Assembly (NCBI RefSeq): GCF_009914755.1
Contig: NC_060927.1
Direction: 5' to 3' (one strand)
Origin: the human T2T-CHM13v2.0 reference genome, Homo sapiens
DNA length: 64,000 nucleotides
The position numbers and the translations under genes are program-made. Positions 11,534 through 26,500 of this stretch are shown in pieces (position 1 is the stretch's first letter; each line of letters begins with the position of its first letter). The notes beneath the pieces are model-generated. The model was given only the letters and a program-made list of their open reading frames with translations, had not been told where the DNA came from and made no database searches.

Positions 11534-14500
11534 AGTTTTTATGTGAAGATATTTCCTTTCCTACTGTAGGCCTCAAAACACTCTAAATATACACTTGCAA
11601 ATTCCACAAAAATAGTGTTTCCAAACTGATCTATCAAAGGAAGTTTAAACTCTGTCAGCTTAATGCAAGCATCACAAAACAGCTTCGGAGAATGAATCTG
11701 CCTAATTTTTCTGTGAAGATATTACTTTTTCTGCCATAGACCTCAAACCGTTGTAAAAATCCACTTGGAAATTCTACAAAAAGAGTATTTCAAAACTCTT
11801 CTATCGAAAGGAACTCTCAACTCCATGAGTTAAATGCACATATCACAAATAATTTTCTGAGGATTCTTCTTTCAAGTTTTATATGAAGAAATCCCGTTTC
11901 CAAAGATGGCCTCAGAAAAGTCCCAATATACACTTGCAGATTCTACAAAAAGACTTTTTCAAAACTGATCTACCAAAAGGAAGGTTAAACTCTGTGAGTT
12001 GAAGGCACACGTCACAAAGTAGTTTCTGAGAATCATTCTGTCTAGTTTTTCTATGAAGATATTGCCTTTTCCACGATAGGCCTCAAACGGCGCTAAATAT
12101 CCACTTGGAAATTCTACAAAAAGAGAGTTACTAAACTGCTCTATCGAAAGGAAGCTTCAACGCTGCGAGTTGAAAGCACACATCACGAAGAAGTTTATGA
12201 GAATTCTTCTGTCTACTTTTGTATGAAGCAGTCACGTTTCAAACGAAGGCCACAAAGAGGTCCAAATATCCACTTGGAGATTCAACAAAAAGAGTTTTTC
12301 AAAACTGCTCCGTCAAGAGGAATATTCAACTCTGAGAGTTGAAGGCAGGTATCACAAAGTAGTTCCCGGTAATGCTTCTGTCTAGATTTTATGCGAAGAC
12401 ATTCCCTTTTGTACCACAGGCCTGAAAGCACTCTAAATATAGAATTGCAAATTCCACAAAAAGAGTGTTTAAAACCGCTCTGTCCAAAGAAAGGTTAAAC
12501 TCTGTCAGCTGAATGCGCACATCACAGAGCAGCTTCAGAGAACAATTATGTCTAGTTTTTCTGTGAAGATAGTTTCTCTTCTACATAGGCCTGAATCCGC
12601 TCTAAATATTCACTTGGAAATTCTACAAAAAGAATATTTCAACACTCTTCTATCAAAAGGAAGGTTGAACTCTGAGAGTTAAACGCACACATCACAGAGA
12701 AGTTTCTGAGAATTCTTCTGTCAAGGTTTGTATGAAGAAACCCCGTTTCCAATGAAGGCCTCAAAAAAGTCCAAATATTTACTTGCCGATTCCACAGAAA
12801 GAGTGTTTCATAACTGGTCTATCAAAAGAAAGGTTAAACTCAGTGAGTTGAACCCACACATCACAAAGTAGCTTCTGAGAATCATTCTGTCTAGTTCTCC
12901 TACGGAGATATTGCCTTTTCTACCATAGGCCTCAAACGGCGCAAAACATCCACCTGGAAATTCTACCAAAACTGAGTTTCAAAAGTGCTCTATTGAAAGG
13001 AAGCTTCACCTCTGTGAGTTGAAGGTACACATCACTAAGAAGTTTCTGAGAATTCTTCTGTCTAGTTGTAAATGAAGAAATCACGTTTCAAGCGATGGCC
13101 ACAAAGAGGTCCAAATATCCACCTGCAGATTCTGCAAAAAGAGGGTTTCAAAACTGCTCCATCAAGAGGAATGTTCAACTCTGTGCGTTGAATGCAAATA
13201 TCACAAATAAGTTTCTGACAATACTTCTGTCTAGTTTTTATGTGAAGATATTTCCTTTCCTACTGTAGGCCTCAAAACGCTCTAAATATACACTTGCAAA
13301 TTCCACAAAAAGAGTGTTTCCAAACTGCTCTATCAAAGGAAGTTTAAACTCTGTCCGCTTAATGCAAGCATCACAAAACAGCTTCGGAGAATGAATCTGC
13401 CTAGTTTTTCTGAGAAGATATTTCTTTTTCTGCCATAGACCTCAAACCGCTGTAAAAATCCACTTGGACATTCTACAAAAAGAGTATGTCAAAACTCTTC
13501 TATCGAAAGGAAGTCTCAACTCCATGAGTTAAATGCTCATATCACAAATAATTTTCTGAGGATTCTTCTTTCAAGTTTTATATGAAGAAATCCCTTTTCC
13601 AAAGATGGCCTCAGAAAAGTCCCAATATACACTTGCAGATTCTACAAAAAGAGTTTTTCAAAACTGCTCTACCAAAAGGAAGGTTAAACTCTGTGAGTTG
13701 AAGGCACACACCACAAAGTAGTTTCTGAGAATCATTCTGTCTAGTTTTTCTATGAAGATATTGCCTTTTCCACCATAGGCCTCAAACGGCGCTAAATATC
13801 CACTTGGAAATTCTACAAAAAGAGAGTTACTAAACTGCTCTATCGAAAGGAAGCTTCAACGCTGCGAGTTGAAAGCACACATCACGAAGAAGTTTATGAG
13901 AATTCTTCTGTCTACTTTTGTATGAAGCAGTCACGTTTCAAACGAAGGCCACAAAGAGGTCCAAATATCCACTTGGAGATTCAACAAAAAGAGTTTTTCA
14001 AAACTGCTCCGTCAAGAGGAATATTCAACTCTGAGAGTTGAAGGCAGGTATCACAAAGTAGTTCCCGGCAATGCTTCTGTCTAGATTTTATGCGAAGACA
14101 TTCCCTTTTGTACCACAGGCCTGAAAGCACTCTAAATATAGAATTGCAAATTCCACAAAAAGAGTGTTGAAAACCGCTCTATCCAAAGAAAGGTTAAACT
14201 CTGTCAGCTGAATGCGCACATCACAGAGCAGCTTCAGAGAACAATTATGTCTAGTTTTTCTGTGAAGATAGTTTCTCTTCTACATAGGCCTGAAACCGCT
14301 CTAAATATTCACTTGGAAATTCTACAAAAAGAATATTTCAACACTCTTCTATCAAAAGGAAGGTTGAACTCTGAGAGTTAAACGCACACACCACAGAGAA
14401 GTTTCTGAGAATTCTTCTGTCAATGTTTATATGAAGAAACCCCGTTTCCAATGAAGGCCTCAAAAAAGTCCAAATATTTACTTGCCGATTCCACAGAAAG

Positions 14501-17500
14501 AGTGTTTCATAACTGGTCTATCAAAAGAAAGGTTAAACTCAGTGAGTTGAACCCACACATCACAAAGTAGCTTCTGAGAATCATTCTGTCTAGTTCTCCT
14601 ACGAAGATATTGCCTTTTCTACCATAGGCCTCAAACGGCGCAAAACATCCACCTGGAAATTCTACCAAAACTGAGTTTCAAAAGTGCTCTATTGAAAGGA
14701 AGCTTCACCTCTGTGAGTTGAAGGTACACATCACTAAGAAGTTTCTGAGAATTCTTCTGTCGAGTTGTAAATGAAGAAATCACGTTTCAAACGATGGCCA
14801 CAAAGAGGTCCAAATATCCACCTGCAGATTCTGCAAAAAGAGGGTTTCAAAACTGCTCCATCAAGAGGAATGTTCAACTCTGTGCGTTGAATGCAAATAT
14901 CACAAATAAGTTTCTGACAATACTTCTGTCTAGTTTTTATGTGAAGATATTTCCTTTGCTACTGTAGGCCTCAAAACGCTCTAAATATACACTTGCAAAT
15001 TCCACAAAAAGAGTGTTTCCAAACTGCTCTATCAAAGGAAGTTTAAACTCTGTCAGCTTAATGCAAGCATCACAAAACAGCTTCGGAGAATGAATCTGCC
15101 TAGTTTTTCTGTGAAGATATTTCTTTTTCTGCCATAGACCTCAAACCGCTGTAAAAATCCACTTGGAAATTCTACAAAAAGAGTATTTCAAAACTCTTCT
15201 ATCGAAAGGAAGTCTCAACTCCATGAGTTAAATACACATATCACAAATAATTTTCTGAGGATTCTTCTTTCAAGTTTTATATGAAGAAATCCCGTTTCCA
15301 AGGATGGCCTCAGAAAAGTCCCAATATACACTTGCAGATTCTACAAAAAGAGTTTTTCAAAACTGCTCTACCAAAAGGAAGGTTAAACTCTGTGAGTTGA
15401 AGGCACACATCACAAAGTAGTTTCTGAGAATCATTCTGTCTAGTTTTTCTATGAAGATATTGCCTTTTCCACCATAGGCCTCAGACAGCGCTAAATATCC
15501 ACTTGGAAATTCTACAAAAAGAGAGTTACTAAACTGCTCTATCGAAAGGAAGCTTCAACGCTGCGAGTTGAAAGCACACATCACGAAGAAGTTTATGAGA
15601 ATTCTTCTGTCTACTTTTGTATGAAGCAGTCACGTTTCAAAGGAAGGCCACAAAGAGGTCCAAATACCAATTGGAGATTCAACAAAAAGAGTTTTTCAAA
15701 ACTGCTCCGTCAAGAGGAATATTCAACTCTGCGAGTTGAAGGCTGGTATCACAAAGTAGTTCCCGACAATGCTTCTGTCTAGATTTTATGTGAAGACATT
15801 CCCTTTTGTACCACAGGCCTGAAAGCACTCTAAATATAGAATTGCAAATTCCACAAAAAGAGTGTTGAAAACCGCTCTATCCAAAGAAAGGTTAAACTCT
15901 GTCAGCTGAATGCGCACATCACAGAGCAGCTTCAGAGAACAATTATGTCTAGTTTTTCTGTGAAGATAGTTTCTCTTCTACATAGGCCTTAAACCGCTCT
16001 AAATATTCACTTGGTAATTCTACAAAAAGAAAATTTCAACACTCTTCTATCAAAAGGAAGGTTGAACTCTGAGAGTTAAACGCACACATCACAGAGAAGT
16101 TTCTGAGAATTCTTCTGTCAAGGTTGATATGAAGAAACCCCGTTTCCAATGAAGGCCTCAAAAAAGTCCAAATATTTACTTGCCGATTCCACAGAAAGAG
16201 TGTTTCATAACTGGTCTATCAAAAGAAAGGTTAAACTCAGTGAGTTGAACCCACACATCACAAAGTAGCTTCTGAGAATCATTCTGTCTAGTTCTCCTAC
16301 GAAGATATTGCCTTTTCTACCATAGGCCTCAAACGGCGCTAAATATCCACCTGGAAATTCTACCAAAACTGAGTTTCAAAAGTTCTCTATTGAAAGGAAG
16401 CTTCACCTCTGTGAGTTGAAGGTACACATCACAAAGAAGTTTCTGAGAATTCTTCTGTCTAGTTGTAAATGCAGAAATCACGTTTCAACGAAGGCCACAA
16501 AGAGGTCCAAATATCCAGCTGCAGATTCTGTAAAAAGAGGGTTTGAAAACAGCTCCATCAAGAGGAATGTTCAACTCTGTGCGTTGAATGCAAATATCAC
16601 AAATAAGTTTCTGACAATACTTCTGTCTAGTTTTTATGTGAAGATATTTCCTTTCCTACTGTAGGCCTCAAAACACTCTAAATATACACTTGCAAATTCC
16701 ACAAAAAGAGTGTTTCCAAACTGCTCTATCAAAGGAAGTTTAAACTCTGTCAGCTTAATGCAAGCATCACAAAACAGCTTCGGAGAATGAATCTGCCTAG
16801 TTTTTCTGTGAAGATATTTCTTTTTCTGCCATAGACCTCAAACCGCTGTAAAAATCCACTTGGAAATTCTACAAAAAGAGTATTTCAAAACTCTTCTATC
16901 GAAAGGAATTCTCAACTCCATGAGTTAAATGCACATATCACAAATAATTTTCTGAGGATTCTTCTTTCACGTTTTATATGAAGAAATCCCGTTTCCAAAG
17001 ATGGCCTCAGAAAAGTCCCAATATACACTTGCAGATTCTACAAAAAGAGTTTTTCAAAACTGCTCTACCAAAAGGAAGGTTAAACTCTGTGAGTTGAAGG
17101 CACACATCACAAAGTAGTTTCTGAGAATCATTCTGTCTAGTTTTTCTATGAAGATATTGCCTTTTCCACCATAGGCCTCAAACGGCGCTAAATATCCACT
17201 TGGAAATTCTACAAAAAGAGAGTTACTAAACTGCTCTATCGAAAGGAAGCTTCAACGCTGCGAGTTGAAAGCACACATCACGAAGAAGTTTATGAGAATT
17301 CTTCTGTCTACTTTTGTATGAAGCAGTCACGTTTCAAACGAAGGCCACAACGAGTTCCACATATCCACTTGGAGACTCAACAAAAAGAGTTTTTCAAAAC
17401 TGCTCCATCAAGAGGAATATTCAACTCAGAGAGTTGAAGGCAGGTATCACAAAGTAGTTCCCGGCAATGCTTCTGTCTAGATTTTATGTGAAGACATTCC

Positions 17501-20500
17501 CTTTTGTACCACAGGCCTGAAAGCACTCTAAATATAGTATTGCAAATTCCACAAAAAGAGTGTTGAAAACCGCTCTATCCAAAGAAAGGTTAAACTCTGT
17601 CAGCTGAATGCGCACATCACAGAGCAGCTTCAGAGAACAGTTATGTCTAGTTTTTCTGTGAAGATAGTTTCTCTTCTACATAGGCCTGAAACCGCTCTAA
17701 ATATTCACTTGGAAATTCTACAAAAAGAATATTTCAACACTCTTCTATCAAAAGGAAGGTTGAACTCTGAGAGTTAAACGCACACATCACAGAGAAGATT
17801 CTGAGAATTCTTCTGTCAAGGTTTATATGAGGAAACCCCGTTTCCAATGAAGGGCTCAAAAAAGTCTAAATATTTACTTGCAGATTCCACAGAAAGAGTG
17901 TTTCATAACTGGTCTATCAAAAGAAAGGTTAAACTCAGTGAGTTGAGCCCACACATCACAAAGTAGCTTCTGAGAATCATTCTGTCTAGTTCTCCTACGA
18001 AGATATTGCCTTTTCTACCATAGGCCTCAAACGGCGCTAAATATCCACCTGGAAATTCTACCAAAACAGAGCTTCAAAAGTGCTCTATTGAAAGGAAGCT
18101 TCACCTCTGTGAGTTGAAGGTACACATCACAAAGAAGTTTCTGAGAATTCTTCTGTCTAGTTGTAAATGCAGAAATCAAGTTTCAAACGAAGGCCACAAA
18201 GAGGTCCAAATATCCACCTGCAGATTCTGCAAAAAGAGGGTTTGAAAACTGCTCCATCAAGAGGAATGTTCAACTCTGTGCATTGAATGCCAATATCACA
18301 AATAAGTTTCTGACAATACTTCTGTCTAGTTTTTATGTGAAGATATTTCCTTTCCTACTGTAGGCCTCAAAACGCTCTAAATATACACTTGCAAATTCAC
18401 AAAAAGAGTGTTTCCAAACTGCTCTATCAAAGGAAGTTTAAACTCTGTCAGCTTAATGCAAACATCACAAAACAGCTTCGGAGAATGAATCTGCCTAGTT
18501 TTTCTGTGAAGATATTTCTTTTTCTGCCATAGACCTCAAACCGCTGTAAAAATCCACTTGGAAATTCTACAAAAAGAGTATTTCAAAACTCTTCTATCGA
18601 AAGGAAGTCTCAACTCCATGAGTTAAATGCACATATCACAAATAATTTTCTGAGGATTCTTCTTTCAAGTTTTATATGAAGAAATCCCGTTTCCAAAGAT
18701 GGCCTCAGAAAAGTCCCAATATACACTTGCAGATTCTATAAAAAGAGTTTTTCAAAACTGCTCTACCAAAAGGAAGGTTAAACTCTGTGAGTTGAAGGCA
18801 TACATCACAAAGTAGATTCTGAGAATCATTCTGTCTAGTTTTTCTATGAAGATATTTCTTTTTCCACCATAGGCCTCAAACGGCGCTAAATATCCACATG
18901 GAAATTCTACAAAAAGAGAGTTACTAAACTGCTCTATCGAAAGGAAGCTTCAACGCTGCGAGTTGAAAGCACACATCACGAAGAAGTTTATGAGAATTCT
19001 TCTGTCTACTTTTGTATGAAGCAGTCACGTTTCAAACGAAGGCCACAAAGAGGTCCAAATATCCACTTGGAGATTCAACAAAAAGAGTTTTTCAAAACTG
19101 CTCCATCAAGAGGAATATTCAACTCTGAGAGTTGAAGGCAGGTATCACAAAGTAGTTCCCGGCAATGCTTCTGTCTAGATTTTATGTGAAGACATTCCCT
19201 TTTGTACCACAGGCCTGAAAGCACTCTAAATATAGAATTGCAAATTCCACAAAAAGAGTGTTGAAAACCGCTCTATCCAAAGAAAGTTTAAACTCTGTCA
19301 GCTGAATGCGCACATCACAGAGCAGCTTCAGAGAACAATTATGTCTGGTTTTTCTGTGAAGATAGTTTCTCTTGTACATAGGCCTGAAACTGCTCTAAAT
19401 ATTCACTTGGAAATTCTACAAAAATAATATTTCAACACTCTTCTATCAAAAGGAAGGTTGAACTCTGAGAGTTAAACGCACACATCACAGAGAAGCTTCT
19501 GAGAATTCTTCTGTCATGGTTTATATGAAGAAACACCGTTTCCAATGAAGGCCTCAAAAAAGTCCAAATATTTACTTGCCGATTCCACAGAAAGAGTGTT
19601 TCAAAACTGGTCTATCAAAAGAAAGGTTAAACTCAATGAGTTGAACCCACACATCACAAAGTAGCTTCTGAGAATCATTCTGTCTAGTTCTCCTACGAAG
19701 ATATTGCCTTTTCTACCATAGGCCTCAAACGGCGCAAAATATCCACCTGGAAATTCTACCAAAACTGAGTTTCAAAAGTGCTCTATTGAAAGGAAGCTTC
19801 ACCTCTGTGAGTTGAAGGTACATATCACAAAGAAGTTTCTGAGAATCCCTCTGTCTAGTTGTAAATGAAGAAATCACGCTTCAAACGAAGGCCACAAAGA
19901 GGTCCAAATATCCACCTGCAGATTCTGCAAAAAGAGGGTTTCAAATCTGCTCCATCAAGAGGAATGTTCAACTCTGTGCGTTGAATGCAAATATCACAAA
20001 TAAGTTTCTGACAATACTTCTGTCTAGTTTTTATGTGAAGATATTTCCTTTCCTACTGTAGGCCTCAAAACGCTCTAAATATACACTTGCAAATTCCACA
20101 AAAAGAGTGTTTCCAAACTGCTCTATCAAAGGAAGTTTAAACTCTGTCAGCTTAATGCAAGCATCACAAAACAGCTTCGGAGAATGAATCTGCCTAGTTT
20201 TCCTGTGAAGATATTTCTTTTTCTGCCATAGACCTCAAACCGCTGTAAAAATCCACTTGGAAATTCTACAAAAAGAGTATTTCAAAACTCTTCTATCGAA
20301 AGGAAGTCTCAACTCCATGAGTTAAATGCACATATCACAAATAATTTTCTGAGGATTCTTCTTTCAAGTTTTATATGAAGAAATCCCGTTTCCAAAGATG
20401 GCCTCAGAAAAGTCCCATTATACACTTGCATATTCTACAAAAAGAGTTTTTCAAAACTGCTCTACCAAAAGGAAGGTTAAACTCTGTGAGTTGAAGGCAC

Positions 20501-23500
20501 ACATCACAAAGTAGTTTCTGAGAATCATTCTGTCTAGTTTTTCTATGAAGATATTGCCTTTTCCACCATAGGCCTCAAACGGCGCTAAATATCCACTTGG
20601 AAATTCTACAAAAAGAGAGTTACTAAACTGCTCTATCGAAAGGAAGCTTCAAGGCTGCGAGTTGAAAGCACACATCACGAAGAAGTTTATGAGAATTCTT
20701 CTGTCTACTTTTGTATGAAGCAGTCACGTTTCAAACGAAGGCCACAACGAGGTCCAAATATCCACTTGGAGATTCAACAAAAAGAGTTTTTCAAAACTGC
20801 TCCATCAAGAGGAATATTCAACTCTGAGAGTTGAAGGCAGGTATCACAAAGTAGTTCCCGGCAATGCTTCTGTCTAGATTTTATGTGAAGACATTCCCTT
20901 TTGTACCACAGGCCTGAAACCACTCTAAATATAGAATTGCAAATTCCACAAAAAGAGTGTTGAAAACCGCTCTATCCAAAGAAAGGTTAAACTCTGTCAG
21001 CTGAATGCGCACATCACAGAGCAGCTTCAGAGAACAGTTATGTCTAGTTTTTCTGTGAAGATAGTTTCTCTTCTACATAGGCTTAAAACCCCTCTAGATA
21101 TTCACTTGGAAATTTTACAAAAGGAATATTTCAACACTCTTCTATCAAAAAGAAGGTTGAACTCTGAGAGTTAAAGGCACACATCACAGTGAAGTTTCTG
21201 AGAATTCTTCTGTCAGGGTTTATATGAAGAAACCCCGTTTCCAAAGAAGGCCTCAAAAAAGTCCAAATATTTACTTGCCGATTCCACAGAAAGAGTGTTT
21301 CATAACTGGTCTATCAAAAGAAAGGTTAAACTCAGTGAGTTGAACCCACACATCACAAAGTAGCTTCTGAGAATCATTCTGTCTAGTTCTCCTACGAAGA
21401 TATTGCCTTTTCTACCATAGGCCTCAAACGGCGCTAAATATCCACCTGGAAATTCTACCAAAACTGAGTTTCAAAAGTGCTCTATTGAAGGGAAGCTTCA
21501 CCTCTGTGAGTTGAAGGTACACATCACAAAGAAGTTTCTGAGAATTCTTCTGTCTAGTTGTAAATGCAGAAATCACATTTCAAACGAAGGCCACAAAGAG
21601 GTCCAAATATCCAGCTGCAGATTCTGCAAATTAGGGTTTGAAAACTGCTCCATCAAGAGGAATGTTCAACTCTGTGCGTTGAATGCAAATATCACAAATA
21701 AGTTTCTGACAATATTTCTGTCTAGCTTTTATGTGAAGATATTTCCTTTCCTACTGTAGGCCTCAAAACGCTCTAAATATACACTTGCAAATTCCACGAA
21801 AAGAGTGTTTCCAAACTGCTCTATCAAAGGAAGTTTAAACTCTGTCAGCTTAATGCAAGCATCACAAAACAGCTTCGGAGAATGAATCTGCCTAGTTTTC
21901 CTGTGAAGATATTTCTTTTTCTGCCATAGACCTCAAACCGCTGTAAAAATCCACTTGGAAATTCTACAAAAAGAGTATTTCAAAACTCTTCTATCGAAAG
22001 GAAGTCTCAACTCCATGAGTTAAATGCACATATCACAAATAATTTTCTGAGGATTCTTCTTTCAAGTTTTATATGAAGAAATCCCGTTTCCAAAGATGGC
22101 CTCAGAAAAGTCCCATTATACACTTGCAGATTCTACAAAAAGAGTTTTTCAAAACTGCTCTACCAAAAGGAAGGTTAAACTCTGTGAGTTGAAGGCACAC
22201 ATCACAAAGTAGTTTCTGAGAATCATTCTGTCTAGTTTTTCTATGAAGATATTGCCTTTTCCACCATAGGCCTCAAACGGCGCTAAATATCCACTTGGAA
22301 ATTCTACAAAAAGAGAGTTACTAAACTGCTCTATCGAAAGGAAGCTTCAAGGCTGCGAGTTGAAAGCACACATCACGAAGAAGTTTATGAGAATTCTTCT
22401 GTCTACTTTTGTATGAAGCAGTCACGTTTCAAACGAAGGCCACAACGAGGTCCAAATATCCACATGGAGATTCAACAAAAAGAGTTTTTCAAAACTGCTC
22501 CATCAAGAGGAATATTCAACTCTGAGAGTTGAAGGCAGGTATCACAAAGTAGTTCCCGGCAATGCTTCTGTCTAGATTTTATGTGAAGACATTCCCTTTT
22601 GTACCACAGGCCTGAAACCACTCTAAATATAGAATTGCAAATTCCAAAAAAAGAGTGTTGAAAACCGCTCTATCCAAAGAAAGGTTAAACTCTGTCAGCT
22701 GAATGCGCACATCACAGAGCAGCTTCAGAGAACAGTTATGTCTAGTTTTTCTGTGAAGATAGTTTCTCTTCTACATAGGCTTAATACCGCTCTAGATATT
22801 CACTTGGAAATTTTACAAAAGGAATATTTCAACACTCTTCTATCAAAAAGAAGGTTGAACTCTGAGAGTTAAAGGCACACATCACAGTGAAGTTTCTGAG
22901 AATTCTTCTGTCAGGGTTTATATGAAGAAACCCCGTTTCCAATGAAGGCCTCAAAAAAGTCCAAATATTTACTTGCAGATTCCACAGAAAGAGTGTTTCA
23001 TAACTGGTCTATCAAAAGAAAGGTTAAACTCAGTGAGTTGAACCCACACATCACAAAGTAGCTTCTGAGAATCATTCTGTTTAGTTTTCCTACGAAGATA
23101 TTGCCTTTTCTACCATAGGCCTCAAACGGCGATAAATATCCACCTGGAAATTCTACCAAAACTGAGTTTCAAAAGTGCTCTATTGAAGGGAAGCTTCACC
23201 TCTGTGAGTTGAAGGTACACATCACAAAGAAGTTTCTGAGAATTCTTCTGTCTAGTTGTAAATGCAGAAATCTCGTTTCAAACGAAGGCCACAAAGAGGT
23301 CCAAATATCCAGCTGCAGATTCTGCAAATTAGGGTTTGAAAACTGCTCCATCAAGAGGAATGTTCAACTCTGTGCGTTGAATGCAAATATCACAAATAAG
23401 TTTCTGACAATACTTCTGTCTAGCTTTTATGTGAAGATATTTCCTTTCCTACTGTAGGCCTCAAAACGCTCTAAATATACACTTGCAAATTCCACAAAAA

Positions 23501-26500
23501 GAGTGTTTCCAAACTGCTCTATCAAAGGAAGTTTAAACTCTGTCAGCTTAATGCAAGCATCACAAAACAGCTTCGGAGAATGAATCTGCCTAGTTTTTCT
23601 GTGAAGATATTTCTTTTTCTGCCATAGACCTCAAACCGCTGTAAAAATCCACTTGGAAATTCTACAAAAAGAGTATTTCAAAACTCTTCTATCGAAAGGA
23701 AGTCTCAACTCCATGAGTTAAATGCACATATCACAAATAATTTTCTGAGGATTCTTCTTTCAAGTTTTATATGAAGAAATCCCGTTTCCAAAGATGGCCT
23801 CAGAAAAGTCCCAATATACACTTGCAGATTCTACAAAAAGCGTTTTTGAAAACTGCTCTACCAAAAGGAAGGTTAAACTCTGTGAGTTGAAGGCACACAT
23901 CACAAAGTAGTTTCTGAGAATCATTCTGTCTAGTTTTTCTATGAAGATATTGCCTTTTCCACCATAGGCCTCAAACGGCGCTAAATATCCACTTGGAAAT
24001 TCTACAAAAAGAGAGTTACTAAACTGCTCTATCGAAAGGAAGCTTCAACGCTGCGAGTTGAAAGCACACATCACGAAGAAGTTTATGAGAATTCTTCTGT
24101 CTACTTTTGTATGAAGCAGTCACGTTTCAAACGAAGGCCACAAAGAGGTCCAAATATCCACTTGGAGATTCAACAACAAGAGTTTTTCAAAACTGCTCCG
24201 TCAAGAGGAATATTCAACTCTGAGAGTTGAAGGCAGGTATCACAAAGTAGTTCCCGACAATGCTTCTGTCTAGTTTTTATGTGAAGACATTTCCTCTTGT
24301 ACCACAGGCCTGAAAGCACTCTAAATATAGAATTGCAAATTCCACAAAAAGAGTGTTGAAAACCGCTCTATCCAAAGAAAGGTTAAACTCTGTCAGCTGA
24401 ATGCGCACATCACAGAGCAGCTTCAGAGAACAGTTATGTCTAGTTTTTCTGTGAAGATAGATTCTCTTCTACATAGGCCTGAAACCGCTCTAAATATTCA
24501 CTTGGAAATTCTACAAAAACAATATTTCAACACTCTTCTATCAAAAGGAAGGTTGAACTCTGAGAGTTAAACGCACACATCACAGAGAAGTTTCTGAGAA
24601 TTCTTCTGTCAAGGTTTATATGAAGAAACCCCGTTTCCAATGAAGGCCTAAAAAAGTCCAAATATTTACTTGCAAGTTCCACAGAAAGAGTGTTTCATAA
24701 CTGGTCTAGCAAAAGAAAGGTTAAACTCAGTGAGTTGAACCCACACTTCACAAAGTAGCTTCTGAGAATCATTCTGTCTAGTTCTCCTACGAAGATATTG
24801 CCTTTTCTACCATAGGCCTCAAACGGCGCAAAATATCCACCTGGAAATTCTACCAAAACTGAGTTTCAAAAGTGCTCTATTGAAAGGAAGCTTCACCTCT
24901 GTGAGTTGAAGGTACACATCACAAAGAAGTTTCTGAGAATTCTTCTGTCTAGTTGTAAATGAAGAAATCACGTTTCAAACGAAGGCCACAAAGAGGTCCA
25001 AATATCCACCTGCAGATTCTGCAAAAAGAGGGTTTGAAAACTGCTCCATCAAGAGTAATGTTCAACTCTGTGCGTTGAATGCAAATATCACAAATAAGTT
25101 TCTGACAATACTTCTGTCTAGTTTTTATGTGAAGATATTTCCTTTCCTACTGTAGGCCTCAAAACGCTCTAAATATACACTTGCAAATTCCACAAAAAGA
25201 GTGTTTCCAAACTGCTCTATCAAAGGAAGTTTAAACTCTGTCAGCTTAATGCAAGCATCACAAAACAGCTTCGGAGAATGAATCTGCCTAGTTTTTCTGT
25301 GAAGATATTTCTTTTTCTGCCATAGACTTCAAACCGCTGTAAAAATCCACTTGGAAATTCTGCAAAAAGAGTATTTCAAAACTCTTCTATCGAAAGGAAG
25401 TCTCAACTCCATGAGTTAAATGCACATATCACAAATAATTTTCTGAGGATTCTTCTTTCAAGTTTTATATGAAGAAATCCCGTTTCCAAAGATGGCCTCA
25501 GAAAAGTCCCAATATACACTTGCAGATTCTACAAAAAGCGTTTTTGAAAACTGTTCTACCAAAAGGAAGGTTAAACTCTGTGAGTTGAAGGCACACATCA
25601 CAAAGTAGTTTCTGAGAATCATTCTGTCTAGTTTTTCTATGAAGATATTGCCTTTTCCACCATAGGCCTCAAACGGCGCTAAATATCCACTTGGAAATTC
25701 TACAAAAAGAGAGTTACTAAACTGCTCTGTCGAAAGGAAGCTTCAACGCTGCGAGTTGAAAGCACACATCACGAAGAAGTTTATGAGAATTCTTCTGTCT
25801 ACTTTTGTATGAAGCAGTCACGTTTCAAACGAAGGCCACAAAGAGGTCCAAATATCCACTTGGAGATACAACAAAAAGAGTTTTTCAAAACTGCTCCATC
25901 AAGAGGAATATTCAACTCTGAGAGTTGAAGGCAGGTATCACAAAGTAGTTCCCGGCAATGCTTCTGTCTAGATTTTATGTGAAGACATTCCCTTTTGTAC
26001 CACAGGCCTGAAAGCACTCTAAATATAGAATTGCAAATTCCACAAAAAGAGTGTTGAAAACCGCTCTATCCAAAGAAAGGTTAAACTCTGTCAGCTGAAT
26101 GCGCACATCACAGAGCAGCTTCAGAGAACAATTATGTCTAGTTTTTCTGTGAAGATAGGTTCTCTTCTACATAGGCCTGAAACCGCTCTAAATATTCACT
26201 TGGAAATACTACAAAAAGAATATTTCAACACTCTTCTATCAAAAGGAAGGTTGAACTCTGAGAGTTAAACGCACACATCACAGAGAAGTTTCTGAGAATT
26301 CTTCTGTCAAGCTTTATATGAAGAAACCCCGTTTCCAATGAAGGCCTCAAAAAAGTCCAAAAATTTACTTGCAGATTCCACAAAAAGAGTGTTTCATAAC
26401 TGGTCTATCAAAAGAAAGGTGAAACTCAGTGAGTTGAACCCACACATCACAAAGTAGCTTCTGAGAATCATTCTGTCTAGTTCTCCTACGAAGATATTGC

